Positions 22,135 through 34,217 of a stretch of 64,000 bases of DNA are shown piece after piece. Position numbers and translations under genes: made by a program. Numbering within the stretch: the stretch's first letter is position 1; each line of letters opens with the position of its first letter. Source of the stretch: Histomonas meleagridis 2922-C6/04-290x (Eukaryota > Protista > Parabasalia). The stretch lies in assembly GCA_020184695.1 (NCBI GenBank), contig JAANOX010000259.1, forward strand, positions 62,001-126,000, written 5' to 3'. The notes beneath the pieces are model-generated. The model searched no databases. It was not told where the DNA came from and was given only the letters and a program-made list of their open reading frames with translations.

Positions 22135-22335
22135 TAAAACGCATTTTTGAATAACAAAAGATCGTTTATACGGTTTAATCGGCCTTTTAGTCATTCAAAA
22201 TATTTCGAACGTTAACGTTTTTTGAAGGTGTACCGGGTGGATCATTTGTTATTCAATTAATTTGACAAAATTCTAATTAAATCCTTTAAATTGACAATAT
22301 TGTAAAATAATTGACAAAAGGATTGCTGCGTTTCA

Positions 22336-22530
22336 ATGAGTGCCAACAATGCAACGCTTGTTCTCAGTATTATTGTAATTATCGGTGTCTTGTTCCTATT
22401 CTTTTTCCCAATGTTTTGTTTGCGTCCAATCAAAAAATGGTTTTCAAAACTTAAGAATATCAAGAATGCAAAGATCGAGCAATCACAGAGCACTCGTCTG
22501 AACTCTGACCTATTAGGCGAAGGAATATAA
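22336..22530 (+). CDS. Small single-pass membrane protein (64 aa), divergent from RPL13
   Basis: ATG start, one strong hydrophobic segment (LVLSIIVIIGVLFLFFFPMF) followed by basic residues. Confidence 0.45.
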   Translation: MSANNATLVLSIIVIIGVLFLFFFPMFCLRPIKKWFSKLKNIKNAKIEQSQSTRLNSDLLGEGI

Positions 22531-23984
22531 GATGTTTACGTAAATAATAAATTTTATAAATCAATAAATTTTTGTTGAGGCCTCAACTCAAGGTTGCAAC
22601 CTTTTCTCAGAAATAAGGTTCGTGAGGTAAGTTTAATAAGAGCATTCTTCCTTTTGAAAATTTTATTTGGTACAATTTGAAATTTTCAATGATTTCTCCA
22701 ATTGAAGATCTTTAAGGTATATGTGAGAGTTTAATTTAAAAACCTAACGCCGTATTGGTGTATTTCATATCTACTTGAAATCTATTCTATTTGGAATTGA
22801 TGAATAAAAAAAGGTTTTACTATATTTATTTTATTTATTATTAATAATAAATTTTGTATGAAGAAGATTTTATCTTATTTTTTATTTTTTGTTATAAAAG
22901 AAGAATATATGATGTCAGTAAAAAATTGAATATAAAAAGATTTTGTTAACATAAATTTATGTTAATTTATATAAAGATTTTTTTCCTCCAAAATAATGGC
23001 ATTTCAATTTTTTATTATAAACATTATATTCTTTGGTAAACTAATAATTAAAAGCAGATATTATCTTATCAAGACATGATTGTTATATACAACATATGTC
23101 AAAAAAAATGTAAAATTTCCCCTTATAGATGAATGCAATTTCCATCTTGTTGAAACTGGAATTGACTCAATTTATTTGAGAAAAATTATTGTGTCTAGGC
23201 TTTTTGTGCTTAAATTCGAAAAGTAGTATAACAACGTTTTTAATTTTTTTTTGTTAGAGTTGGAAGTTTCCACCTGTGATCGCTAAACAATAAACATGTA
23301 AATATAAGCCATTATTATATACAAATTCATTAAAAAATCCCTTATGATGCTGGTTCTTCAGATAAAAATATTGTTTTGTATAGATATAAATTAATTAATT
23401 GATTTAAAAAAAAAATTTTATACAAGATAATTCTGAATTCAAACCGTGAAACCCATAGTAAAAATGGAAATATTTTTTTATTTAAGCATAAATTAGTTCG
23501 CGTAGATTAAAAAAATAAATAATAAAATGGTACCATGGCATGCCTTCATTTAATCAACTTGTGAAACATTTAAAATTAGGGAAAATAATTACAATACTCT
23601 TTTATAATGTAAATGTTTTTTCAATAAAAATATAATAATCATAAGATATAAAATTAAACGAATAATAAATAGATTATATGAAATTAAAAAGCCAAAATTA
23701 ATATTTTAACACAATATTTTAACACAAATTGTTTCTTGATCAAAAAGGAATTGACGATAACATGTTATCCCATGGGATAAAACTTTTTCAAATAATAAAT
23801 TATTCAAAAAGTTATATCGGTTTACTGTGGCACACCAAGATACCAAAAATAATAAAAAAAAATCATTTTTTTTTTCTTATTTATTTTTTTAGTTAAGAGC
23901 ACTGCAAACTGTCAACGTTTTCATAAATTCATTTAAACGTGATCAGGTTTAAGTGCTCTTTTTAGTTTCGATGAATTCATCAAG

Positions 23985-24842
23985 TCAATTGACTTGAGGG
24001 AATCTAATAGAATTGTAGAATCCAACCAAGAAGTTGTTGGAAGCAAAAACGACATTTTGAACATATTTCAGTATGGCAAAAAATTGTCTTTGGTTCTCAT
24101 TTCGGTAATTAACCGATTCAATCAACAAATTTTTTATTTCGGATATTTGCCATACCAAATCTTTATGATTTTCTTCCATTTTGCTTTTTAAATCGATAAT
24201 ACTACCTTTTAATATATGTCTATTCTTCTTCATTTTTTCTTGAAGTATTTCATTTAATATGCACAAATCAATAAGGTTGATCCTTTTAGAGGAACTTACT
24301 GTATAAATCAAAGCTTTTATGAAAAATATATTAAATTTCTTATCTATAGATATATTTTGTAAAGAATTTTGTGAATTCTGTTTCTTATTAGGTAAAGACA
24401 CTATATAACCCAAGTAAGATTTTAAGTCCATATTTGCTTCGGTTATCAAATGTTGGTATACTTGTTTTTACATAGGTATAGGAGAATTTGTTTTACCAGA
24501 CTTTTTAAAAGTAGGATTTGTTGTTTCATCCTTTGTTGTTTCAGTATTTTCTTGAGTAGAATTTGAATTCTGTTGACAATATGTTTCAATATTATTTGAT
24601 AATTTAATTAAAATATTATCTTTAGCACGAGCTTTGGTTTGGGCAATATCTTTAAAATCACTTAAAGTAGGACTGTTTAAAGGATTTGAGACATCAAATT
24701 TTTTTATCAAATTCCATTCTTTATCAGTCAATTTAGAAACTTGAGACTGTGATTCACTTAATGCACAAAGATTTTGATGTGCTTTTGTTAATTGGTGAAA
24801 GATCTTATAAATGAAGTTGGAACAATTTTTATTTGTTTCCAT
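23985..24842 (-). pseudogene. Hypothetical ~285-codon frame interrupted by one TAA (24468-24470)
   Basis: Track ORFs 24468..24842 and 23985..24449 are in the same frame, separated by TAA plus 6 sense codons (IPM*KQVYQH). Confidence 0.5.
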
Positions 24843-26156
24843 AAAAAAAAAATGATTTTTACATCAAATTCAACTGCTCATTCAATTGTTCTCAATTTGA
24901 TTCAAACGCACGAAGATCAGGCGGCTTTTGTATTCAAAACGAAAAATATTCTTAAATTAATGCATCCAAACTTGAAATAAATTCATTGGCCAAAATTTTC
25001 GTATCATCAGTGAATTTCCCCTTACTTCTCAAAAGTCTTACATGTTTAAAAAGTTGGTTGATTTGCATAACCGTACCTTTTTCTGATAACATACAAAAAG
25101 TGATCGTTGTATAAGAGATGGCATTTCCTAATTTTTCACAATTTTATCCTGCCTAAAAAATTTACGATAGAACTTTTTGAATAACAACAATAAATTATTT
25201 TGAATACCTAATAAAGCATTGAAAACTTCCGACGGTTATTGATCGTCAACAAAAAACGTTCCTTTTAATTCAAAAAGTTCAAAAATTTCAAAAATGGTAA
25301 AATATCTAAATAAATGAATTTTAAATTCCTTAAAGTATTATACTTTTATTTTCAATATGATGTGTTTGTATAATTGTTTTATTATGTTTGAATTTATTAT
25401 ATATTATAATATTTAGAATTTTTTTTTATTTCCAATTTTATTTCAATTCAATAGTTTCCGTAATTTTTGAGTTCAAAATGATCGACTTCTTTCAAATACA
25501 TCTTTTAATATCCATGGGGAAATATGTTTTAATTCCTCTAATTTTGATTACTATAATTTCAAGTAATGATGTAATTTTGAAATTATGGGTTGGTCATAAA
25601 ATTTATTATGAGTTGCCAAATTCAAAATTTATAATAATAAAATGATTAAATTTGCTAATTTTTTAGTGGCATTATTGACTTAAACATACTAATTTTAATA
25701 TGACTGTCATATGTCATTTGTTTTGATGGAATTAATTAGTATAATAATTTGAGTGTTACAGGTAATTCGTTTGGTGGTGCGATGGCAAATTTCAATATCA
25801 TTCAATTAGCCCGTATCGTATCCTTAACCTAAAATCATAGTAGAAAAAATATTCAGGATTTTGAGTTTTAGTACCTCTGTATAAGTTTTGGAATATAGAA
25901 ATATTAAAACTGTTTTGGAACTGCAATTGAAATTGTAAAACAATTTGGTTACACAAAGATAGTCCAATTACTTCGTGAAAAAGGCATAAAGGAAAAATCT
26001 GATGCTGTACAAAATTAATAAATCATATAAATGCAATTGTTATATAATGGAAAAGCCATTACTGACATCTAAAATCTTTAAAGAATTCCTTTTTGTTATA
26101 TTAAATAATACAATATTAAATAATTATTAAGTTTATTACAAAAATAAGTCTTTCAT

Positions 26157-27167
26157 CTAAATTATGTTAGGTTTCAATTCGATCACAGATATTTCAGGTT
26201 TACATAAAAACCTTATTAATGGATAAGGTAATGGTGTTTCACCAATCCCTCTGCTAATATGTAATATCATGTCACCAACTAAATAATTCGATGTTACACA
26301 TGCATGATACTTTAATGAGCCAGGAGGTAAAAATGGTGTTCCTGCATTAAAGGGTAATACACATTGTCCTCCATGAGAATGACCACTAAGCTGTAGATCA
26401 AACATTTGTGACTCGCTTGCTGCATCTGCTGCATCAGGCATATGAGCAAGAAGAATGTGCGGAACTGTGGGATCACCAGTGAAGTTAGATTTCAATTCGG
26501 CGACGAATAAATTCGTCTCAAAAAGTTTGAGTGACGGTTTTAATCCAGATATGTAAATTTTGCTGCCTCTGACTGGAAACTCAACTGTTTGCTGGTTAAG
26601 AACTGTTGCACCGATGTTGGAAAGCGCTTCTGTGAGCTCGCTTTGACATTCAACATCATGGTTTCCAAAACAAACAAATAATGGAGAATTAAGATACTTG
26701 AGAGAATTGGCAATTGTATAAACATCTTGTGTAGAATGCTTAGATTTGTCACTAATTAGGTCGCCTGTCAAAACAACTAGATCAGGGTTCTCGAAATTGA
26801 TGAGATTGACTATGGATTTCAAACGTGAATATGTAACTTGGGGATACGGATAATGAACATGAGTATCTGTGATTTGCACTATTTTTAGTGGTGGGAAATT
26901 ACTCCGATTTGATCGAAAAGAAAATCTTTGAATTTTAAGAGTAAATGGTTCAATATGCATATATATTAAAAAAAGAATACCAAATAAAAAACAAAGGTAA
27001 AAAAGGTTGATATGAAGACTATTTCTATAACGAAATATCCAAATTTGAGTTGGCTGAAAATGAACATGAAAGAATGTCATGAATAAAACGAGTGTAAACA
27101 ATAAAATGAGAGCTAGGGTTATGCGACCTCTTAAAATTATTGCTCTCTCCTCGGCCCATGTGAGCAT
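26157..27167 (-). CDS. Calcineurin-like metallophosphoesterase (YkuE/TMPPE-like) with N-terminal TM segments
   Basis: Motifs DTH, TGD, GNHD, LSGHSHGGQ and SRGIG; two N-terminal hydrophobic helices. Confidence 0.88.
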   Translation of the reverse strand: MLTWAEERAIILRGRITLALILLFTLVLFMTFFHVHFQPTQIWIFRYRNSLHINLFYLCFLFGILFLIYMHIEPFTLKIQRFSFRSNRSNFPPLKIVQITDTHVHYPYPQVTYSRLKSIVNLINFENPDLVVLTGDLISDKSKHSTQDVYTIANSLKYLNSPLFVCFGNHDVECQSELTEALSNIGATVLNQQTVEFPVRGSKIYISGLKPSLKLFETNLFVAELKSNFTGDPTVPHILLAHMPDAADAASESQMFDLQLSGHSHGGQCVLPFNAGTPFLPPGSLKYHACVTSNYLVGDMILHISRGIGETPLPYPLIRFLCKPEISVIELKPNII

Positions 27168-28135
27168 ATTGGGAAAGGACAAAAGATTTTCATTTCGTTA
27201 ACCGTAAAAACTTTTTTTGGTGTGGTCCAAATGGACAAAAAAGTTAATTAACTCCCATTAAACTTTATATTTTGCATAAAAAATCACTTTGTTTTTACTG
27301 ACATAGCTTTAAATTATTTTATAATTAAGGATGAAATTAAATTGATTTTTTGATGTTTAATATTTTTGATATTTTATCATGAAATACATTGCCAACATGT
27401 CCCCTTAACATACGGCCTTTTGCAATGTTTCTCATTTGTTTCATTTTCAAGTTATGTTCTAATTCCAAGGGTGAGATTTCTATCAGCATTCCTTAACGTT
27501 TTCATCAATTTTGTTGCTCACAAATCTCATGAGATAAAATAATTATTTTTGGGTCTTTATGTTTACAATTTATCTTTGACTTAAATTGTTTGATTTGTTC
27601 CGATAAATTAATCAATGAATTTTCTGATATTATCTCTAAAAACATGTTTTTATTTCAGTTGTCAGTCTGATGAATTTCTCTAATTTTTTTTCTCCATCCT
27701 ACACTAGTAATTTTGGTAGCTTCATAAAGGAATTAAAGAGTTTCTGTCTAAAGTATATTTCGGTATTAGTTATTATTTTCAAGTCACAGGAATACGAATT
27801 GTTGAAAAATCAAACAGATATTCAAAAAGAAATTTGAGTAATATTACCTAAACATAGAGACAATTATTTTTTCTTGGATATTATTTTAATTCATACTATG
27901 GAATATTTTTTGTAATAATGTTTAAAACATTGTGGGAATTTCAAAGGGTTCCCCTCATTGCTTGAAAATCAATATTTCAACTCATTTTACGTTACTTTTT
28001 CAAAACGTAGCCGTGACGTTCTGATTTGAAAAATTCTGTCTACTCTCAGAAAAAATGCGAATGTGTCAGATCCGTGAAAATTTCCTTCTCTGAATTTTGT
28101 GTTAAAAAATTTTGACGGTCAACAAGACCATTAAA

Positions 28136-28711
28136 ATGGATTTCAAGCACTATTGCTGCAATTGCAATAACATTGATATCCATGGAGAAAAAGTGGACCT
28201 TCATCATAAAACAGCTCTTAGTCACATAACACTTCGAGAAGTCCTTCGTAAGCAAAATGATTTTCCTTTACTCCAACTTAATTCGGCATCTATTTCCATA
28301 AAAGACTGGTCAAAAATATGTGTAAGCAAAGTTGCATCTTCAAAATTCCAGTTGATTTGCTTTTCTTGTTTGCAGAAAATCAATATTTATCCAAGTAAGA
28401 ACAATTGTTATGTTCAATTCGACAGCGAAAAGGCAACTACTACAGATTCCTTTGATTATGTCATACCGACAGAAATTCAAGAAATTTTTAATTACAATTC
28501 TGATCAAAAATCTCCTCCAATGAAGCCAATTGATCATCTCAAGACTATGGACGTTAGTTCTTTTTCGTTAGAACCAGAGGTAATGCTTGATGATGACAAT
28601 GATTTTGAAATAATGTTTGGTAATCAGAATGAAAGATTCGTTGGATCTTTCCAAGATTATGTTGTTTTTTCACCATGTGCTGTTGATGTTTGGTATGGCG
28701 GTTTTGATTAA
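28136..28711 (+). CDS. Hypothetical protein with putative zinc-binding CxxC pairs
   Basis: 191 aa from ATG 28136; CCNC near the N-terminus and CFSC internally; acidic C-terminus. Confidence 0.6.
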   Translation: MDFKHYCCNCNNIDIHGEKVDLHHKTALSHITLREVLRKQNDFPLLQLNSASISIKDWSKICVSKVASSKFQLICFSCLQKINIYPSKNNCYVQFDSEKATTTDSFDYVIPTEIQEIFNYNSDQKSPPMKPIDHLKTMDVSSFSLEPEVMLDDDNDFEIMFGNQNERFVGSFQDYVVFSPCAVDVWYGGFD

Positions 28712-28760
28712 TTATGTGAAACATAAAAAACATCTTCATGAGAATCTGATTTATTTTTAC

Positions 28761-29912
28761 TTACTCTTTTTCATCTTCTTCATCACCTTCTATTAGCAAC
28801 CCATTATCATCATCTTTTTCATCTTCTAAATCATTATCAAGAAGCTTGAACCCGAATTCTTTTTGATCTGGCTCATCGCTGCTATCGGAAACTGTCACAT
28901 CTTTGAATTCTTCTGAATCTTCCTCTGGGTTCACTTCACCTTCCTCAAAAAGTATGTCTTCGTCCAAATTTTCCCATTCATGAGAGTTCCTTATGTCTAT
29001 TTTCTCGTTCGCTTGAAACAAAGAGTAGACACCTTTTTTAAATGGTAGGGCATCATTTCTGTTTTCGCCATCTCCGAGCAACGGTTGATCTTCACCTTTC
29101 AGTTGAAGTTCTAAAACATGAACACGCTCATGCAATTCGTTGTTTTCACGTTTCAGTTCTTTCCTTTCTTCGAGAAGTGCTTGAATTTCTGGATTGTTAT
29201 TTACGGAATCAAAAAGTTCTTGATTGAGATCTTTTATTTCTTGTATCAGCTCTTCATTACGCTTTTTAAGTGCAGAAACATCGGAAGATTCGCTTTTGTT
29301 GGAAAATGGTTGGAAATCAGAATTTAAGAAATTGTGTATTATCGATTTGCTTTCTTCGAGTTCCTTAGAAACCTTATCAAAAGAATCTTTTTGCCCTTTA
29401 ATTATTGATTCGTAGTGATGGTGAAGAGCTTCGATTTCGGTTTTCATACGTGAGTATTGTTTTTCAATTTCTTTTGATTCTGAAATACGCGATTGATAAG
29501 CGGAAATTTGTTTTTCCAGGTTTTGTATTTTTTCAGCATATTTTTCGTTGTGAGATTCAAGATTTTCAATTTTAGTTGTAAGTTGTTGATTTTCCTCTTG
29601 TAGGTCCTGTAGTGTTTTTTCAAGCTCTGTTATTTGATTGCTTTCTCCTTGATTAGTGTTTTCTTCTTGAGTAAATTTATTGTTTGAAAATATTTGTTGT
29701 CTTTGAATTTCATTTCTAAGTCTTTTGTTTTCATCAAGTAGTTCCTGCTTTTCTTGTTGGAGTATTTGACATATTTCAAGAAGATTTTCATTTGGGTCTT
29801 GTATTTCATATAATTGCTCCTCAAGAATAGATATTTGATCCTTTAATGCTTTTATTGTTTTTCTATATGCATTAAATGTATTTTCTGATCCGGCTTGTGT
29901 TGGTAATTCCAT
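28761..29912 (-). CDS. Hypothetical coiled-coil protein with acidic tail
   Basis: 383-aa ORF with heptad E/K/Q-rich body and D/E-rich C-terminus. Confidence 0.75.
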   Translation of the reverse strand: MELPTQAGSENTFNAYRKTIKALKDQISILEEQLYEIQDPNENLLEICQILQQEKQELLDENKRLRNEIQRQQIFSNNKFTQEENTNQGESNQITELEKTLQDLQEENQQLTTKIENLESHNEKYAEKIQNLEKQISAYQSRISESKEIEKQYSRMKTEIEALHHHYESIIKGQKDSFDKVSKELEESKSIIHNFLNSDFQPFSNKSESSDVSALKKRNEELIQEIKDLNQELFDSVNNNPEIQALLEERKELKRENNELHERVHVLELQLKGEDQPLLGDGENRNDALPFKKGVYSLFQANEKIDIRNSHEWENLDEDILFEEGEVNPEEDSEEFKDVTVSDSSDEPDQKEFGFKLLDNDLEDEKDDDNGLLIEGDEEDEKE

Positions 29913-30444
29913 TTTCGATCAGGAGATAAGTCCACTTTTTGAGGCTTTAAAATAAAGTGACAGTTATTTCTGGCGCTTTTTTATGTTTTAGCTACCATCT
30001 GGTTGAATATTCATTATGCATAACCCAGGTTTTATTCTTATTGCACTATGTTTTGCCATTTCTTATTTTATGAATATTTATAAGAATTTATTAATGTAAA
30101 TCAAAATTTCTGATTTAAATTTAGATAACCCAAATGTATAGGACATTTTACACAATCTTCATGGCATCATTGTTTATATTTAAAATTCTCATCTCCATCA
30201 GACATGTTTATTCACACACTTTTCCTAATGTTTCACCAACTAATTCCATAAAATGCTAATTGATTTACCCGTGAAAAATACAAAGTTTCCAATATTTAAA
30301 TATTCACTTACTACATAAGGCAAAAATCTACTTTCAATTTTCATTTGATTTTTTGTCAATAATATGTTTGAAGTAAAACAGATGTGTAAAGGCCGTTTAT
30401 TATTTGTTTTGCTGTTTTTCAAGCTGCGACTTCGATACGCATAA

Positions 30445-30960
30445 TTATTTTAAGGCTAGAAGTGCCCTCAAAAGATCAGAGTTAGAAGAAGAAATTGTTG
30501 CAGACACTGAAGAAGAAGAATATGATAAATAAGAATGCGTCTTAGATGAATACGATTTAATGGACTGTGTAGTAGAAGAAACGGATACGTATTTATCAGA
30601 TGAATATGCGACAACAGATCGTTTGTCGAAAGAAAACGAGGATATAGAAACTGAAGAAGGACTAGAAGAAGTTAAAGATGTACTATGTGAAGGAACCAGT
30701 GACGATGATGATGAACTTTTATTTGTGGACGAAGATGAATAAGGACTTGTGTAATTGTTTGTTGTGCTGTTAGAAGAGGATGAAGAACTTTTATATGTGG
30801 ACGAAGATGAATAAGGACTTGTGTAACTGTGTGTTTTGCTTGATGAAAATGTGTATGTTTCGTCAGATGAATCACTATCATCACTATAGGTATGTGTAGG
30901 TTCCCTATAAGGACGAATACCAGTAATTTCATTTACCCGAGCGAGACGATCTCTCTCCAT
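30445..30960 (-). CDS. Ser/Thr-rich low-complexity protein (171 aa)
   Basis: ATG preceded by Inr-like TTTCACATCCAT; internal duplication YTSPYSSSSTxKSSSSSS. Confidence 0.55.
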   Translation of the reverse strand: MERDRLARVNEITGIRPYREPTHTYSDDSDSSDETYTFSSSKTHSYTSPYSSSSTYKSSSSSSNSTTNNYTSPYSSSSTNKSSSSSSLVPSHSTSLTSSSPSSVSISSFSFDKRSVVAYSSDKYVSVSSTTQSIKSYSSKTHSYLSYSSSSVSATISSSNSDLLRALLALK

Positions 30961-31218
30961 ATGGATGTGAAATCAAATCCAAAAGAACCGCAATGTACTG
31001 AAATTTTTGACAAATTCAGCAAACGGCAAAAATTGGATTCTTATCATCGCTCATAATTCAATATTTTAAATATATTTTTATAAAAATCCTAATCCAAAGT
31101 TGGTTTTCGAGAGAATCTATAGATTTTTTATATTTATCATTCCTGCTTTCGACATTATTTGTTCTTATTTATAAAATAAAAATATAAGAAATAAATATTA
31201 TTTAATTTTTTTGCTTCA

Positions 31219-32262
31219 TTGATTTCAATCATTACTTGGTCATTTACTTCAATAAAATTGAAAAAAGAAGCTAAAATTCTTGTTGTTAGAGATGAAGGAG
31301 TCGGTAAAACATCTCTTATCATGAAGTTGGGCTTAAACAAAAATCCTTTTACTGGAAAAATTCCGAAAATTCTGAAAAATATCCGAAAAGATGTAAACAT
31401 CGACAATAAGCCATATACACTTAGGTTATGGGATTCAAGTTTCAAAGTGGAAAGTTTGGTTCATCTTTATTTTCCAAGTAATGTTGTTCTTCTTTGTTTT
31501 GCTCTTAATTCTAAGAAATCGTTTAATCATCTTATATCAAAATATATTCCTAAAATTAGCGAATATCGCCAAACTAAAAATATTATTCTAATTGGGACTA
31601 AGTCAGATTTAAGACAACCTGGAAATCAAAATCATATTTCTGATTTCGAAGCAAGGCAATTTGCTCGCCAACATAATTTTTCTACATACATTTCATGTTC
31701 CACAAAAAACAACATTGGCCTTAATAAAATTTTCCCATCATGTATCAGATTAATTTCTCATTGCGAATATTTATCGACAAACTCATCATTTGATCTCACA
31801 TTTTTCGGCATATACTTCCATTTTTCCTTATTAACATGTGTTCCATTAATATTTCATTCAGCTTTTATTTTAGTAAATAATGAAATCAAATCGAATTTTC
31901 AAGAAATTAATTTGTATAAACTTACGATTTTTATTGAAGCCATTTCAATAATAATTCTTTTCATTAATATATTTTTCTTTATTTTCCCAATTGATAAAAT
32001 CTCATTAGAGGAAGTATATATTAAAGGAATCCATATGAATGGTGTGTTGAATATCATTCAAATGGGAATCGGAATCACATTAATAATTCTCGCGAATGCT
32101 TCTGACGTAGGAAATGATAAATATCTATATAAGAAATTCCAAGGATTAGGAATTGATGCCTTGGCGATCTCCTTGATACACGGAATAATATTCAGTTTCT
32201 TAATCATAATAAATACAGTTATATATATAATCCAATTTCTAAGAATTGAAGCTGCCATATAA
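31219..32262 (+). CDS. Rho-like GTPase domain (degenerate G1/G3) fused to four predicted TM helices
   Basis: ILVVRDEGVGKTSL, LRLWDSSF, IGTKSDLR and CSTK motifs followed by four hydrophobic segments. No ATG upstream of the P-loop. Confidence 0.6.
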   Translation: MISIITWSFTSIKLKKEAKILVVRDEGVGKTSLIMKLGLNKNPFTGKIPKILKNIRKDVNIDNKPYTLRLWDSSFKVESLVHLYFPSNVVLLCFALNSKKSFNHLISKYIPKISEYRQTKNIILIGTKSDLRQPGNQNHISDFEARQFARQHNFSTYISCSTKNNIGLNKIFPSCIRLISHCEYLSTNSSFDLTFFGIYFHFSLLTCVPLIFHSAFILVNNEIKSNFQEINLYKLTIFIEAISIIILFINIFFFIFPIDKISLEEVYIKGIHMNGVLNIIQMGIGITLIILANASDVGNDKYLYKKFQGLGIDALAISLIHGIIFSFLIIINTVIYIIQFLRIEAAI

Positions 32263-32682
32263 CAATAGATCTATAAAATTCCTTGATAACATCTTTGAAT
32301 GCGCACAATGATATAAGAAGTGACGCAAAAATGTGAAAACATCTTTGTCAAAAAAAAAAGTTTTCGAAAATTTGGTAATAATAAAAAATAACTTTTGTAC
32401 AATAAATTTTCATTATCAAAAGTTATTTTTAAAAATAAATTCATGATTTCAAGTAATTTTTGCATAAAATACTGTCAATAACCATACTTTTCGGCGTGTA
32501 TATGTTGTGCAGAGTCATTTTCTAAATAATGCTGAGTTACTAAAATATAATTTTCCAGGTCGAATAAACAAAAATACCGAATGATGTACCAATAAAATCT
32601 TCCATTTTTGAAATATTTTAATGATACAATCTCTTTAATCTATTAATACATATATATAAAATTGAGTTTCGATTTCAGCAAT

Positions 32683-33008
32683 TCGTATATAGTGATCATC
32701 CTATAATCTTGATATCATGGATATATAATATCTATACATAGTTACAGATATAATTAATATAAATCTAAGAATTATATCATGACTAGCACGAGATAAATTT
32801 ATTCTTTCATTCCAAAAAGCTATAAAAATCGACTTTTGCATGGTTTATATCAAACGATAGCAACAACGATAAGTGACGATAGGAGCGAATTTGAATGATG
32901 GTAAATATTATCAAAATTTTACCCTTTCCTCGATTTTCTTAATTTTTGTATTTTAGCAAAAAGTTCATTTTTATTGAATGAATATCTATACAAATTTAAT
33001 TTGCAAAT
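32683..33008. repeat. Dispersed repeat family, copy A
   Basis: 32683-32932 aligns by eye with 41461-41709; 32943-33008 aligns with 42064-42128. Confidence 0.85.
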
Positions 33009-33313
33009 GATCTTTAAAATATTGACTTGAGATTTGTTTATCAATTCCTTTTATCTCATATTACTCATGTGCTTTCAAATTTTGAATATATTACATTTTT
33101 CAACTTATTTGACATTATTCGTAATGTTGTTAATTTATCTATTTCTCCGAATATGAGTCAATACAACAGTTTCTTGAGCAAGCTTTATTCTGAAATTGTT
33201 TTTGATAACGATACGAGCAGATTGAGTGATTTTTATTCATTTACTCATTCAAATTTGACTTTAAACCGCTTGAACATGTATAATGATATCAGTAACTTAT
33301 AATCGGATTATAA

Positions 33314-33411
33314 TCGTATATGGAGATCATCATACGATCTTGATATAATGGATATATAATATATAAATACATAGTTGCATCTATAATTAATAAAAAACTA
33401 AGAATAATATC
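33314..33411. repeat. Dispersed repeat family, partial tandem copy B
   Basis: Repeats the first ~100 nt of copy A (tcgtata..gatcat..gatatataat..atacatagtt..ctaagaataatatc). Confidence 0.75.
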
Positions 33412-34217
33412 TTAATCTATTAAGAAATTAAAAATTCAGAAATTATTTGGGAAATGATGAAATAAGACTGATTGAGAAAAAATTATATATTCTTCGGCAA
33501 AAAATAAATCCAAACTTTGATAAATTATGAGTTTTGCTTTTATATCTTTTTTATTTAAATTTTTCAAAATCATATTCTGGATTTTGTTAAATTTTGGAAA
33601 TTCTCATTATTCAAAAAAACAATATCATTTATTTTAGAAATTTAAAAAATATAAAATAAGGCGTACAAGCTATCATAAAATTACAATATCATAATTATCC
33701 AAAATTTTTTCATGAATAGCTTTAGATAAAATTTCATATGGAAATAATTTATCATCTTTTATTTTGGATCATTTTGATATATTTAAAAATTAATTCAAGT
33801 ACTATTGTCCTCCGGGAATACTTGTTTTTTAAAGTATCTTTTAAAAGAATTCGTATACTTTATATTTCATTTTCCTTCAGATTTTCCTTAAGCCCTTTCA
33901 TATTTAATATATAACTTAATTCATGCATATATAACCTAAAAAAAGTATAAGTTTGATGTCATCTCTGAAGAATACAACATTTTTTTTTCCTCATATCAAT
34001 GAAAATTAATTACAATTTAATAAGCAAGGATTTGTTTTTCAATATTTTAAATATTTTGTATAAATTAACTGACACCATCAGCTGCTGATCTATGTAATTA
34101 TGGTTTTTGAATACCATCAACTGTTCATTTGTTGATGTATCGTAATTTCAAACCGTAATAAAAGTGAATAGTACGTACTATTGGACGTTAAAATATAAAT
34201 AAAGAATTCATTAATCG

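Noticed and set aside
23529-23543. GGTACCATGGCATGC looks like a KpnI-NcoI-SphI polylinker
   Set aside because: Only 15 nt, overlapping palindromes with no vector context; likely chance.
24792-25645. Short plus-strand ORFs (24792-24980, 25388-25645)
   Set aside because: Alternative-start, AT-rich, no recognisable motifs.
25755-26018. Lipase-like VTGNSFGGAMA motif and a solo ankyrin-like end (GTAIEIVKQFGYTKIVQLLREKG*)
   Set aside because: Short fragments separated by several stops; no coherent gene can be supported.
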